A stretch of DNA of 64,000 bases, taken from assembly GCA_015056385.1 (NCBI GenBank), contig SVGI01000001.1, positions 6,616 to 70,615 on the forward strand. Reading direction: 5' to 3'. Below, in pieces: positions 1 to 11,700 of this stretch. A program made the translations under genes and the position numbers. Positions within the stretch are counted from its first letter, which is position 1. Each line of letters opens with the position of its first letter. The notes beneath the pieces are model-generated. The model was given only the letters and a program-made list of their open reading frames with translations. It made no database searches and was not told the origin of the DNA. This DNA is from Clostridiales bacterium. GTDB lineage: Bacteria; Bacillota; Clostridia; HGM11327.

Positions 1-188
1 TTCATATCGGCGCCTACGTTGAAGGCGTCCTCAGGGGAGATTGTGTTCTGCACCTCCGAGGGCATAAGAACAAGAACAAGAACGAAAATAACCGCAAAAA
101 CTATAACGCCAATCAAGGGGTTGAATTTTACGGGCTTTTTTGTTTTTTTCTTTTTTGGTGAAAGAAATGAATCGCTTTTTATAGACAT
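1..188 (-). CDS. 5' fragment of a membrane-anchored protein (gene continues beyond window start)
   Basis: Reverse strand: ATG at 188 preceded by GGAG RBS; translation MSIKSDSFLSPKKKKTKKPVKFNPLIGVIVFAVIFVLVLVLMPSEVQ... has a basic N-terminus followed by a hydrophobic helix and no stop before the window edge. Confidence 0.4.
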   Translation of the reverse strand, partial: MSIKSDSFLSPKKKKTKKPVKFNPLIGVIVFAVIFVLVLVLMPSEVQNTISPEDAFNVGADM

Positions 189-279
189 TTTTTATTACTC
201 CTAAACAGATATAAGGGTATTGTATGAAAGTATTGCCTTTTTGTCAATGATGGGCGGAGGTGAAAAGGTAAATTTACGG

Positions 280-2289
<2,010 letters not shown>

Positions 2290-2349
2290 TCAAATACTTA
2301 TAAATCCTTTTAAGTGTAACATATTATGCCCAAAAGTGCAAGAAACGAA

Positions 2350-2386
2350 GCATAAAAGAAAAGCCCGACACGTGTGCGGCGGGCTT
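2350..2386 (-). terminator. Rho-independent terminator of the 2413..3000 gene
   Basis: Hairpin agcccgacacgtgtgcggcgggct followed on the minus strand by a T-rich run (plus-strand aaaagaaaag). Confidence 0.5.
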
Positions 2387-2412
2387 TGTATAATGAGAAT
2401 TGATTTTATCAA

Positions 2413-3000
2413 TTACTTTTCGGACTGCTCCTGTCTTACCTTGTAGTAGATAAGGCGCTTTGAGCCTGTTTCCTCGTTTAGGAGGTAGTAGTTATCTACG
2501 GAGTTTTCAAGTGCGTGATACATTGTTGTATAGGTTTCTGTGACTATTACACGATCCTCATCGGAAAGGGTTTTGTCCCCGCGCATATCCATTGTAAGGG
2601 TGAGTGTTTCACCGTCGTACTTAACGTCCATAGTATATTCGAAACCGAACTTTGTAAATGCGAATATACGCATTTCATCTTCTGTACCGGCCTGTACATT
2701 GCCCATAAAGGTATTAAGCCTGTAAATACCCGTATGTGAGCCGTGGCCTGTAATCTGCTGACCGGAGATAGTAACACAGTCGTTCTTTGAATAGGGCCAA
2801 CGGGAAATATTATCCTTTATAACAAGGCTCAATGCGAAAATAGCAATAATGCCTACGATAATACCGCGGCGGATCCATTTTTTCTTGAACTCCTTGCTTT
2901 TAACGTGGTTTTTGAATGCGTTCCACATTTTTTTGAATATATTGTCCGGGGTGTATGTAGTACTCTCTGTTGACTGAGTGTTCATATTAAAACCTTCCAT
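2413..3000 (-). CDS. Hypothetical membrane-anchored protein
   Basis: 195-aa ORF with a single N-terminal TM helix (RRGIIVGIIAIFALSLVI) and a soluble beta-rich domain; no recognisable family. Confidence 0.55.
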   Translation of the reverse strand: MEGFNMNTQSTESTTYTPDNIFKKMWNAFKNHVKSKEFKKKWIRRGIIVGIIAIFALSLVIKDNISRWPYSKNDCVTISGQQITGHGSHTGIYRLNTFMGNVQAGTEDEMRIFAFTKFGFEYTMDVKYDGETLTLTMDMRGDKTLSDEDRVIVTETYTTMYHALENSVDNYYLLNEETGSKRLIYYKVRQEQSEK

Positions 3001-3136
3001 AAACGTAATTAAATAGTGAGAATAACACCGATACAGTAAATATACTAAACGGATATTGCTATTATAGCATAAGCTTTGTCAAAATGCCATATATTTTTTT
3101 GAAGAAATTAAATTTATATAAAAAAAGGGAGCAAAT

Positions 3137-3724
3137 ATGAGCGCAATAAGCCTTTTATGGTGCGGAGTAGTAATAATTTGTGTTGTGTATATGATTTTAA
3201 CGGGAAATTCACAGGAAATATTGGAAAGCATGCTTAATTCCTCAAAGGGGGCAATAGAGCTTTGCATATCTCTTGCAGGGGTGTATTGCTTCTGGATGGG
3301 CATTATTGAGGTGGGAAGTGAAAGCGGACTTATGAAGGGGCTTTCCCGCCTTATGATGCCTGCTTTGAAAAGACTGTTCAAAAATGAAAGTGAGGAGGCT
3401 TATGAGCATATCTCCGCAAATTTTTCTGCAAACCTTATAGGCGCAGGCAACGCCGCAACACCTGCGGGAATAAATGCGGTAAGGGCCCTTTCTGCCTCTG
3501 CCACGAAAAAGGGGGTGGCAACGGATAATATGATGCTTTTTATAGTAATGAACACCTCATCCCTGGGGCTTTTGCCAACCACCGTAATATCTATGAGGAG
3601 GCTTATGGGCTCTCAAAGACCTTCCTCTATAATGCCGGGGGTGCTTATTACCTCTCTTGTAGGAACGGTAACAGGGGTAGTGCTGTGTAAAATGTTATCA
3701 CGCAGAAAAAGGGGCAGGGTGTAA
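3137..3724 (+). CDS. spmA: Spore maturation protein A (nucleoside-recognition domain membrane protein)
   Basis: 195-aa polytopic membrane protein with SpmA-like sequence, immediately followed by its spmB partner. Confidence 0.8.
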   Translation: MSAISLLWCGVVIICVVYMILTGNSQEILESMLNSSKGAIELCISLAGVYCFWMGIIEVGSESGLMKGLSRLMMPALKRLFKNESEEAYEHISANFSANLIGAGNAATPAGINAVRALSASATKKGVATDNMMLFIVMNTSSLGLLPTTVISMRRLMGSQRPSSIMPGVLITSLVGTVTGVVLCKMLSRRKRGRV

Positions 3725-3725
3725 A

Positions 3726-4253
3726 ATGGGAGGAGGCAATATTTCAGAGCTTATTATCCCTGTTGTTATATTGGGTGTAATTCTCTATTCCGCATTAAAG
3801 GGAAGGGATAGCTACGGCGTATTCTGCAAGGGGGCAAACAAGGGCCTTTCCCTGGCTATGGGAATACTCCCCTACGTAGGGGCTATGATGATAGCAACTG
3901 GGCTTTTAAGGGATTCGGGGCTTATGGATAAAATAAGCGAATTTCTTTCTCCGTTTTTCTCCCGCATAGGGTTGCCTACGGGGCTTATACCCCTTTTACT
4001 TGTAAAGCCGTTTTCCGGAAGCGGAGCAATAAGCACCCTTTCGGATATTTACACCGTGTTTGGCGCAGACTCCCAAACGGGTATAATCGCATCCCTTATA
4101 ATGGGGTCCACGGAAACCGTTTTTTACACCTCCGCCCTGTATTACGGGGCAAACGGCATTAAAAAAACAGGGTATACCCTTGCCGTTGCCCTTTTGGCGG
4201 ATGCCGCCGCTGTGATAACAGCCTGCATGGTGTATACCCTGCTTTACAAATAG
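3726..4253 (+). CDS. spmB: Spore maturation protein B
   Basis: 175-aa membrane protein adjacent to and co-oriented with spmA; SpmB-like sequence. Confidence 0.8.
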   Translation: MGGGNISELIIPVVILGVILYSALKGRDSYGVFCKGANKGLSLAMGILPYVGAMMIATGLLRDSGLMDKISEFLSPFFSRIGLPTGLIPLLLVKPFSGSGAISTLSDIYTVFGADSQTGIIASLIMGSTETVFYTSALYYGANGIKKTGYTLAVALLADAAAVITACMVYTLLYK

Positions 4254-4256
4254 CCT

Positions 4257-5078
4257 TTATTTGCGCAGAAGGTCCATTTCTGCGGTGTAATTTCTTATAT
4301 CCTCCTGAGGCGTTTCAAGATAGAAGGGAAGATGCTTTATCTCCTTTAATGAAGCAAACCTCTTAAGAGCCTCAAGCCCTATTTCTCCCGTGCCTATATT
4401 TGCGTGATGGTCCTTGTGAGAGGCAAAGGAATTATAGGAATCGTTTATGTGTATGGCGTGAAGCCTTGAAAGCCCTACTGTTTTGTCAAACTCATTCAAA
4501 ACATCCTCGGGGCTGTTTACTATATCGTAGCCTGCGCAGAAAAGATGGCAGGTATCAAGACAAACGCCTAAATACTCGTTCTTTTTTGAGAGGGATATTA
4601 TCTCGGCAAGCTGCTCGAAGCTTCTGCCAAGCTCGGAGCCCTTTCCTGCCATACCCTCAAGAAGTATTTTTGTCTTTGTACCCTCGAGAATACCGTCGTC
4701 CAGGGCGGCAACTATCCTTTTTATACCCTCGGAATATTGGAGGGTGGTAGGGCTTCCCGGGTGAAAAACGTAGAGGTTGGCAGGTATAACCTCCATTCTC
4801 TGCATATCGTCTGCAAAGCATTCACGGGCGAAGGTATACGCCTCGCTTCTTGCGGCGGCAAGATTCATTGTATATGCGGCGTGGATAAGCGGCGGCGTCA
4901 TTGAATTCTGCGCCATAAGCTCCCTTGCAGCCGCTACATCCTTAGGGTCTATACGGGCGGCAGAGCCTCCTCTCGGGTTGCGTGAGAACACCTGAAACGT
5001 GGTTGCCCCAATGGAAAGGGCAGTTTTAACTGCGTGAGCGTAGCCCGAGGATATTGTAAGATGTGGTCCTATTATCAA
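4257..5078 (-). CDS. nfo: Deoxyribonuclease IV (endonuclease IV, AP endonuclease family 2)
   Basis: 273-aa xylose-isomerase-like TIM barrel with metal-binding His/Asp/Glu pattern (HAAYTMNL, CLDTCHLFCAGYDI) characteristic of Nfo. Confidence 0.9.
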   Translation of the reverse strand: MIIGPHLTISSGYAHAVKTALSIGATTFQVFSRNPRGGSAARIDPKDVAAARELMAQNSMTPPLIHAAYTMNLAAARSEAYTFARECFADDMQRMEVIPANLYVFHPGSPTTLQYSEGIKRIVAALDDGILEGTKTKILLEGMAGKGSELGRSFEQLAEIISLSKKNEYLGVCLDTCHLFCAGYDIVNSPEDVLNEFDKTVGLSRLHAIHINDSYNSFASHKDHHANIGTGEIGLEALKRFASLKEIKHLPFYLETPQEDIRNYTAEMDLLRK

Positions 5079-5095
5079 AGCTTTTCCCCTTCCTC

Positions 5096-5671
5096 TTAGC
5101 CGATGTTGAATCTTTTAAGAGCCTTTCGTGTGTAGTATATAATGTAGGTAAGGGCAATATCAAATACTGTAAAGATAGCTATACCTACTGTGAAAATCGC
5201 GATTATTTTTACGGCGGGTTGTAATTCGTTTATAAGGGGGATTTCGAATTGGGGCAGGAGGAATTTTACTCCGAACATAATAACGGTCAATACGGTTATG
5301 GAGAAAACACCCTTTACCACCCACCTTAAGGCTATTGAATTTATTTGCTCTGCAAGAAGCTTTATTATAGGGTAAAGCCCGAAGAAAAGCCCGAAATACG
5401 CCGTAAGGGGAATGCTTCCCGTAAGCACCCAGCCAAGAATGCCGGAGCATATATATCCAAGAAAGGCAACGAATACACCTGTAAAGGATGCCAAAAGGGA
5501 AAGTATTACAGATGGCGCCACCAAAAACGCAAGCTTGCCGTAGGGAAGAGCGTGTGAAAGATAAAGACACAATACGCAAAGAGCGGAAAATACGGCTCCG
5601 TAGGCTAATTTTTTAGACGGAGATACATTTGTGTTTTTTATATGCATGATATAAGATCGCACCCCATACAC
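5096..5671 (-). CDS. Polytopic membrane protein of unknown function
   Basis: 191-aa ORF with 5-6 predicted TM helices; start may be the internal MHIKN codon. No family recognised. Confidence 0.5.
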   Translation of the reverse strand: MYGVRSYIMHIKNTNVSPSKKLAYGAVFSALCVLCLYLSHALPYGKLAFLVAPSVILSLLASFTGVFVAFLGYICSGILGWVLTGSIPLTAYFGLFFGLYPIIKLLAEQINSIALRWVVKGVFSITVLTVIMFGVKFLLPQFEIPLINELQPAVKIIAIFTVGIAIFTVFDIALTYIIYYTRKALKRFNIG

Positions 5672-6285
5672 TCACAGCAGCAGTCTGCACACATAAGGGA
5701 TGAGCAGACGTTGCAGCACTGCGTGGAAGAATCTACGCGTGTGTATCTTGGGTCGCGGTAACCTCCGTTCGTAAAATTTTGAGAATTGACTCTGTCATAG
5801 GCGGCCTTGTATTCGAAGTTTGTAGGCTCCATAGTGTAGGCTGCCTGATAATACTTTTTTGCCTCCAGATACCAGCCCCGAAACCACAAAACGTTACCCA
5901 TAAGATAATGCCATTCTGCGGTATGCTCCGGTATGGTGCGGAGAATATACTCTGCCTCGCCGTAGCTGCCCTGATTGAGCTTTGCACGGGCCGCGGCAAT
6001 TTTTTCGGCGTAGCTTGCCCCTGTGTTGTAGGCGCCTGAACCAAAGGGACCGTAATTATAGCCCTGATAGCTGCCGCCCCTTGATGAGGACGATGAGGAT
6101 GAGCCTCTGTTTTTCAAAAGACTGTACGCCTCGTTTACCTCCTTAAGCTTTTCGGCGGCAGTTGCCTCGTAGCTTGTACCCTTGAATTGGTCCGGGTGAT
6201 ATTTTTTTACCAGCTTTCTGTATGCTGCTTTTATTTCTGCATCTGTGGCGCTTTGGCTTACGCCAAGAGCCTTATATGGATCCAT
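5638..6285 (-). CDS. J-domain (DnaJ-like) protein with TPR-like middle region and Cys-rich C-terminus
   Basis: N-terminal YKALGV...[12 protein letters not shown]-domain with HPD motif; poly-Ser linker; C-terminal 26 residues contain 11 Cys ([26 protein letters not shown]). Confidence 0.8.
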   Translation of the reverse strand: MDPYKALGVSQSATDAEIKAAYRKLVKKYHPDQFKGTSYEATAAEKLKEVNEAYSLLKNRGSSSSSSSRGGSYQGYNYGPFGSGAYNTGASYAEKIAAARAKLNQGSYGEAEYILRTIPEHTAEWHYLMGNVLWFRGWYLEAKKYYQAAYTMEPTNFEYKAAYDRVNSQNFTNGGYRDPRYTRVDSSTQCCNVCSSLMCADCCCECMGCDLISCI

Positions 6286-6417
6286 CTCAATAATTTAAGG
6301 CTTTCGTTTATCGAAAGTCTTCCTTTCTTGGGGAATTGTGGCTGGTTTTGCGTTATAAAATTACCACCGCAACTGTGGCGAAAGCCGCAAAACCTGGGTG
6401 AAAAAACGTTTTTCACG

Positions 6418-7335
6418 CTATTCGCTCCGGCTGTGTTTTTTCTTGAAGGTGCCCTCCAAAATGGATTTTGCCCTTGCAGGCATTCCTACAAAAATTATGT
6501 TTTCCAATATAGGCTTGTTGCGCCCTGTATTAAGGGCGTCAAGGGCATTTGACATTACAGCCATTGCAGAGGACAATATAAAATCTGCATCGTCCCTGAA
6601 TTGTTCCTTTATAAGCTGAGGCTCCTCGGGGATTTTGCCGCCTTGTGAAAGGGCGGCTGCAATAAACGGGTTGTATTCCCCCTTTTTTAAGTCCTCGTCT
6701 ATATCCTTGAATGCGTCAAGCACGTATATCCACTGACCTGTGTAATAGCTAAAGCGCCATATTGCCTCTTTTTCGTGAGGCGGTGTGGTTTCGTCCGTAG
6801 TGAATTGGGATACAACCTCTGCTACAAGCCTTGCAAAAGGGTCGCTTACGGCCTCGGGAATGTGGCAATAGCCCTCCTCCAGCTCATAAAGCTCCTCAAG
6901 ACAGTCCTTTACGGTTTTGTACGCAACGGGCAAAGCTCTGCACGCCTTTTTGAATGAACGGCGGAAAAGCGCCTTGCCTATAAACGCCCCCAGCTTTTTT
7001 ATAAAGCCCTCATCCCTTGCCTTATCCCTTAAGGATTCGTATGACATAATTACGCTTAATGATGCGGCAATATCAATAGCCCTTGAATTCTGTATTACGT
7101 TTTTTTTCTTAAAGGGGTTGCCGGGGCAGTGAACAAGGGCGTGGGTTTCACCCTCCCCATCCTTTAAGGCAGACATAAAAACGGCAAGAAACGTCATTTC
7201 ATAAGAAAGGGCAAGCCTGCAGGAGCGTGCGTAGCTTTTGCCTATTTTATGGCAAAGGCCGCAGTAATATGCAGAATATCGCTTTTGATCCTTCCCCAGC
7301 ATTTCGTCGCTGTAAATAACGGTGTTTCCGAACAT
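6418..7335 (-). CDS. DUF5685-like protein (frequent partner of J-domain proteins in Clostridia)
   Basis: 305-aa ORF with CGLCH motif, immediately upstream of and co-oriented with the J-domain gene; family assignment is from memory and tentative. Confidence 0.55.
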   Translation of the reverse strand: MFGNTVIYSDEMLGKDQKRYSAYYCGLCHKIGKSYARSCRLALSYEMTFLAVFMSALKDGEGETHALVHCPGNPFKKKNVIQNSRAIDIAASLSVIMSYESLRDKARDEGFIKKLGAFIGKALFRRSFKKACRALPVAYKTVKDCLEELYELEEGYCHIPEAVSDPFARLVAEVVSQFTTDETTPPHEKEAIWRFSYYTGQWIYVLDAFKDIDEDLKKGEYNPFIAAALSQGGKIPEEPQLIKEQFRDDADFILSSAMAVMSNALDALNTGRNKPILENIIFVGMPARAKSILEGTFKKKHSRSE

Positions 7336-7472
7336 TTTATGCCTTTCGTTAAGGGATTACGGGTATTATTACACCTATTCTATAATTATAGCATAGGGTA
7401 TATTAAAAATCAAATATGAAGGACACCCACGCTATTGAGGGAAGACGTTTATTGACACCAAAAAAATAATTA

Positions 7473-7501
7473 TTGACAAAATATTAACGACATGATATTA
7501 T
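7473..7501 (+). promoter_or_regulatory. Sigma-A-type promoter (TTGACA-17-TATTAT) for the lipoprotein gene
   Basis: TTGACA at 7473-7478, 17-nt spacer, TATTAT at 7496-7501, about 45 nt upstream of the ATG at 7547. Confidence 0.4.
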
Positions 7502-7546
7502 AAAGACATAAATCGGAAACATTTACTGCAAATAAAGGAGGCAATT

Positions 7547-9259
7547 ATGAAAAACAAGCTTTTTAAGGTAACGGTAATATCCTTGCTTTGCATTATTATT
7601 TTTGCAGGCTGTGGAGTTGTGCCGACACCTGATGCAACACCTGAAGTAACGCCTGTGGTTACACCTACCCCCACCCCCATTGAGCCTACCCCTACACCCA
7701 TTCCGTACGGAAGTGTAATAGAGGTAACTATAAGCAATATCGAAAAAATAAGTACAGGCGTAATACAGACTCTTTACAGTAAATTTTCAATAAAGCTTGT
7801 TCAGTGGACAAGCCTTAGGGGTAGTAAGCCGGATATTTACATTCATCCGGGTGGTACAGGGGGAGATGCGGTTGTTCTTGGCAGTGAGGAAATGTATAGG
7901 GATTATGCACGTTCACCATATAAGAGCATACGTATTACAGATTATCTTGACGATATGCCTAATTATACCTCTCTGTTTTATTCAAGGGATATTCTTGAAG
8001 AGATGCTGCACAGGGATAGAGAAGCCTCGGGAACATATAATCTTGGTACAACGGGCTATGTTCCTCAGCCCTCAAGCCTTTGGCTGTATAACAGAAAATG
8101 GTTTGAAAAGTACGGATATGATGTGCCCGACAATATCGAGGAGCTTGTAGACCTTTTAAGCGACCATAAAAAGAATAAGGACCCTGATGCGGAGCTTATA
8201 CTTGACATCAACAGGGGAACGGATGCTCAAAGCACTCCCAAGCCTATACTTACACAGGGTGTAATGGCGGCATACGGAATTGATATGGGGTATGCCAGAA
8301 AAAGTGATGACCCCACGTACGATGAGGACATCTACAATATGATAGATAAGGTGGATGGCGAATTTAAGCTTACCGCTACTGATCCTAAAATAATTAAAGC
8401 TCTGGATACACTCAAAAGAATATACGATGAGGGTCTTGCAGGGGATTCCAACATAAATTATAACGATTTATGGAATGACACAGTTCCGCCACCGGATTAC
8501 AGTGAATATGCCGCAGTATATCTCCCCACGGGAAATACACATTCATATTATATCAAGAAGAATTACGACGGCTGGGAGGTATTTGAAACACAGCTTTCTA
8601 TGGATGACACTGTATATCTCTATAAAGCGGAACCTTCAGGCGCGGGCTATAAAATTTTTCCTGCAGGCTTTTTGATAACAGAGGGAATAAATCAGGAAAT
8701 TATAGACAGGCTTATAGATTTTATAGACTGGTGCTGTACCGATGAGGGCATATTGGCATACTACTACGGCATCGAGGGTGAGGACTATACTATTGTAGAC
8801 GGTACTCTTTATACTGATGTAGAAAAGGAAAACCGTAAGCCTGCCGCATTACCTATGGTATCATCTAAATATGCAATGGCAGTTCTCCATAAATATAATA
8901 CTCCTTATGAGGATAACGAATCTATAGAAAACAAGGCAATAGATGCCTTTGCGGATAAGAACGTACAGTATATGGACAGTATTCATTACAGCAGCATAGT
9001 TGTATATGATGCCCGTTACGGTCCGTATCACGTGCCTACAAAATACGAACTTCTCACAGACGATGGAAACGTAATTGCCCAAATAGTACGTGATTTCTGC
9101 GCAGACTACGTAAGCGGTAAAAAAACAGCAGAGGATTTTGATAGTTATCTTCAGGAAATTGAGGATGCAGGCATCGATAAGTTTATACAGGATGTAATAA
9201 AAATGATCGATGAATCCTATGAAGAAAACAATGAATACGTCCCCGAGATATTCAAGTAA
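7547..9259 (+). CDS. Extracellular solute-binding lipoprotein (ABC transporter SBP family 1-like); no adjacent permease genes
   Basis: Signal peptide with lipobox (IFAGC), Thr/Pro-rich linker, and a 570-aa body resembling sugar-type solute-binding proteins; paralogous to the 15628..17226 gene. Confidence 0.65.
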   Translation: MKNKLFKVTVISLLCIIIFAGCGVVPTPDATPEVTPVVTPTPTPIEPTPTPIPYGSVIEVTISNIEKISTGVIQTLYSKFSIKLVQWTSLRGSKPDIYIHPGGTGGDAVVLGSEEMYRDYARSPYKSIRITDYLDDMPNYTSLFYSRDILEEMLHRDREASGTYNLGTTGYVPQPSSLWLYNRKWFEKYGYDVPDNIEELVDLLSDHKKNKDPDAELILDINRGTDAQSTPKPILTQGVMAAYGIDMGYARKSDDPTYDEDIYNMIDKVDGEFKLTATDPKIIKALDTLKRIYDEGLAGDSNINYNDLWNDTVPPPDYSEYAAVYLPTGNTHSYYIKKNYDGWEVFETQLSMDDTVYLYKAEPSGAGYKIFPAGFLITEGINQEIIDRLIDFIDWCCTDEGILAYYYGIEGEDYTIVDGTLYTDVEKENRKPAALPMVSSKYAMAVLHKYNTPYEDNESIENKAIDAFADKNVQYMDSIHYSSIVVYDARYGPYHVPTKYELLTDDGNVIAQIVRDFCADYVSGKKTAEDFDSYLQEIEDAGIDKFIQDVIKMIDESYEENNEYVPEIFK

Positions 9260-9265
9260 CTAAAC

Positions 9266-9306
9266 AATACAAATGAGGAGCAATATTGCTCCTCATTTGT
9301 ATTGTA
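9266..9306. terminator. Perfect 19-bp-stem palindrome, likely bidirectional terminator after the lipoprotein gene
   Basis: caatacaaatgaggagcaa-ta-ttgctcctcatttgtattg immediately after the stop codon at 9259. Confidence 0.5.
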
Positions 9307-9398
9307 TACAGAAAACCACGCGATAGTCGCGTGGTTCAAAAGAGGTTAACCGATGAGAAAATAAAAAACAAGTGATAAGGTGTAATAAAATATATGTC

Positions 9399-9579
9399 TG
9401 TAGGGACCGGCGTCCTCGACGGTCCAAAAGCAAGGGATAAATCAAATATTTGGACATACAAAATATGTTAGGGTATGATCGAATAAAAAGCAGAATTTGT
9501 TTTGTTAAAGCCGAGTCTATACTCATACGATTGTGTAAAAAACGCCTAAAAAGGACCGTCGAGGACGCCGGTCCCTACA
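9399..9579. repeat. Perfect 27-bp inverted repeat pair flanking a 127-bp AT-rich core (candidate invertible switch or MITE)
   Basis: tgtagggaccggcgtcctcgacggtcc at 9399-9425 and its exact reverse complement at 9553-9579. The core contains TTGGAC-18 nt-TATGAT promoter-like hexamers. Confidence 0.6.
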
Positions 9580-9705
9580 AGGTATGATAAATTTAGAGCG
9601 GGACCCATTTATGGGCAGTAAGTAATAATTGCATGGCTGACAGGCCAAAAATAAACGCACTTGTGCGTTGCCAGTAGTGGTTAGGGCTATGCCCGAAAAT
9701 GAAAA

Positions 9706-9737
9706 ACCACCCGCTATGCGGGTGGATATTTATTGTA
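9706..9737 (+). terminator. Rho-independent terminator (plus strand)
   Basis: Hairpin ccacccgctatgcgggtgg followed by atatttatt. Confidence 0.45.
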
Positions 9738-9769
9738 TATCAGTGTTTTTTATAAATCAAAGGCTTATG

Positions 9770-9798
9770 CAAAAAAAAGGACTGCGTATGCAGTCCTT
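9770..9798 (-). terminator. Rho-independent terminator of ilvE
   Basis: Palindrome aggactgcgtatgcagtcct preceded on the plus strand by an A8 run, giving a T8 tail on the minus strand directly after the ilvE stop. Confidence 0.6.
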
Positions 9799-9819
9799 TA
9801 ACTTTTATATTCGGAATAA

Positions 9820-10893
9820 TCACTCCTCAACAGGCTCGATCCAGGAGAATTTGTCCTCATCAATGCCGAGCTGGATGTTTGTGATTCTGTCGTAAAGCTC
9901 TTTGGTGAAGGGGGTGATTTCGCCGTTGCAGATGTCTATTGTTCTATCGCCCCATGTCAAAATGCCAACGGGGGAGATAACAGCAGCTGTACCTGTGCCG
10001 AAAACGTCTGTGAGAAGACCCTTATCGAATGCCTCATAAACCTCATCAATAGTGATTTCGCGCTCCTCAACCTTATAGCCCATATCTCTTATAACCTGGA
10101 TAGCAGACTTACGTGTGATGCCGGGGAGGATAGAGCCTCTGTCGAGAGCAGGTGTAACAACAGTGTCCCCAATCTTGAACATAATGTTCATTGTGCCAAC
10201 CTCTTCAACGTATTTGTGGTGCTTACCGTCAAGCCAGAGAACCTGTGTGTAGCCCTTCTTCTGTGCTTCCTCTGCGCCGTAAAGGCTTGCAGCGTAGTTA
10301 GCGGCAGTTTTTGCAGCGCCAAGACCGCCCTCGAAGGCGCGAACGTACTTATCGGAAACGTAAATCTTAACGGGCTTAAGGCCTTCCTTATAATATCTGC
10401 CAACGGGGGAGAGGATGATGTAAAGCCTGTATGTGTGTGAGGGGTGTACGCCCAATGCTGCGTCAGTTGCCATTATGAAGGGGCGGATGTAGAGAGACGT
10501 GCCGTCGCTTGTGGGAATCCAATCCTTTTCAAGAGCAACCAGCTTCTTGAGTGCGTAAAGAACGAAGTCAACGTCTATCTGGGGGATGCAAACTCTCTCT
10601 GCAGAGCGGTTAAGACGCATAAGATTTTCCATGGGGCGGAACATAACGGGCTTGCCCTGTGTGTTCTTGTAAGCCTTAAGTCCCTCGAATATTGTCTGAC
10701 CGTAGTGGTAAACCATTAAAGAGGGCTCGTATGCAACTGCGCCGTAGGGGCAGATTGTGGGAGAATGCCAGCCCTCACCCTCTGTGTAGTCCATAGTGAA
10801 CATGTAATCTGTAAAATATTTTCCGAAGCCAAGAGTGCTTTCGTCAGGCTTTTCCTTAAGTGTCTGAGCCTTAATAAACTTGATTTCCTGCAT
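9820..10893 (-). CDS. ilvE: Branched-chain amino acid aminotransferase (class IV PLP enzyme)
   Basis: IlvE-like sequence throughout. Start placed at MQEIKF because an AAAGGAAA RBS precedes that ATG; the ORF extends to 10920. Confidence 0.9.
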   Translation of the reverse strand: MQEIKFIKAQTLKEKPDESTLGFGKYFTDYMFTMDYTEGEGWHSPTICPYGAVAYEPSLMVYHYGQTIFEGLKAYKNTQGKPVMFRPMENLMRLNRSAERVCIPQIDVDFVLYALKKLVALEKDWIPTSDGTSLYIRPFIMATDAALGVHPSHTYRLYIILSPVGRYYKEGLKPVKIYVSDKYVRAFEGGLGAAKTAANYAASLYGAEEAQKKGYTQVLWLDGKHHKYVEEVGTMNIMFKIGDTVVTPALDRGSILPGITRKSAIQVIRDMGYKVEEREITIDEVYEAFDKGLLTDVFGTGTAAVISPVGILTWGDRTIDICNGEITPFTKELYDRITNIQLGIDEDKFSWIEPVEE

Positions 10894-11133
10894 GGTATAT
10901 TTCCTTTCAGTTTTATACATTATTACTTATTGTAATTATATACCTATAAATTCACTATGTCAATTTTAACTTACTCCCTATTGCAAAAAAAGCGGTGAAT
11001 ATGATATTATTTTTACCGTGGGAATCTGTACACCGAAGAAAATACGAAAAAAATTTTGTGAGTGTATGCATTCGGGAGTTTTTTTGACTTATATATACGA
11101 AAGGTGAAGGCGCCGAGGCGGCGCAAATGAAAA

Positions 11134-11700
11134 ATGAGAAGGAATGAAATGGCTGCATCCGTAGCGGATGAACTCATAATAAGAATAGCAGGGGGCGACG
11201 TTACAGCCCTTGAGATGCTCTACGAGGGGTATAAGACCTCGGTTTTGAGATACGCCATGTCTGTTGTAAGAGACGTTCACACGGCCGAGGACGTTCTCCA
11301 GGATACATTTGTCAACGTTTTTTCATACGCCGCATCGTATAAGCCCTCAACGAATCCCCGGGCGTGGATATTCACCATAGCCCGAAACCTTTGCCTGAAG
11401 GCTCTTTCAGCGCCACACAGAGAAGATGCCGACGTAGCCGACCACGAGGATATTGCCTCCGGCGACAGCGCTGACGGCAGACTCATTGACTCCGCAGAGG
11501 CTATTGAGGCACTTGGTGTGCTTACCCCCGTGGAGAGGGAAATAGTTTCTCTCTACGTTTTCTCGGGAGTGAGGCAGACCGAAATATCGAAAATGCTTTC
11601 TATGGATTACATTACCGTAAGGTCGCACTACGCGTACGCTATAAGGAAGCTTAAGAGGTTTTATAAGGGCAGGGAAGGCAACGAAAGGAAAAAAGCATGA
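11134..11700 (+). CDS. ECF-type RNA polymerase sigma-70 factor
   Basis: Sigma-70 region 2 (DVLQDTFVNVF) and region 4 HTH; stop overlaps the start of the downstream anti-sigma gene (ATGA). Confidence 0.85.
   Translation: MRRNEMAASVADELIIRIAGGDVTALEMLYEGYKTSVLRYAMSVVRDVHTAEDVLQDTFVNVFSYAASYKPSTNPRAWIFTIARNLCLKALSAPHREDADVADHEDIASGDSADGRLIDSAEAIEALGVLTPVEREIVSLYVFSGVRQTEISKMLSMDYITVRSHYAYAIRKLKRFYKGREGNERKKA

Noticed and set aside
4251-4259. Near-overlap of convergent spmB and nfo stop codons
   Set aside because: A 3-bp gap between convergent stops is compact but not anomalous. No terminator fits between them, and this is likely of no special significance.
9293-9526. 77-aa ORF on minus strand in the intergenic region
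   Set aside because: It spans the left arm of the 27-bp inverted repeat and the palindromes, has no RBS and a low-complexity sequence. Likely non-coding.
10921-11133. Possible T-box leader upstream of ilvE
   Set aside because: The intergenic region is only about 210 bp, is shared with the divergent sigma-factor promoter, and lacks the AGGGUGGNACCGCG T-box sequence.
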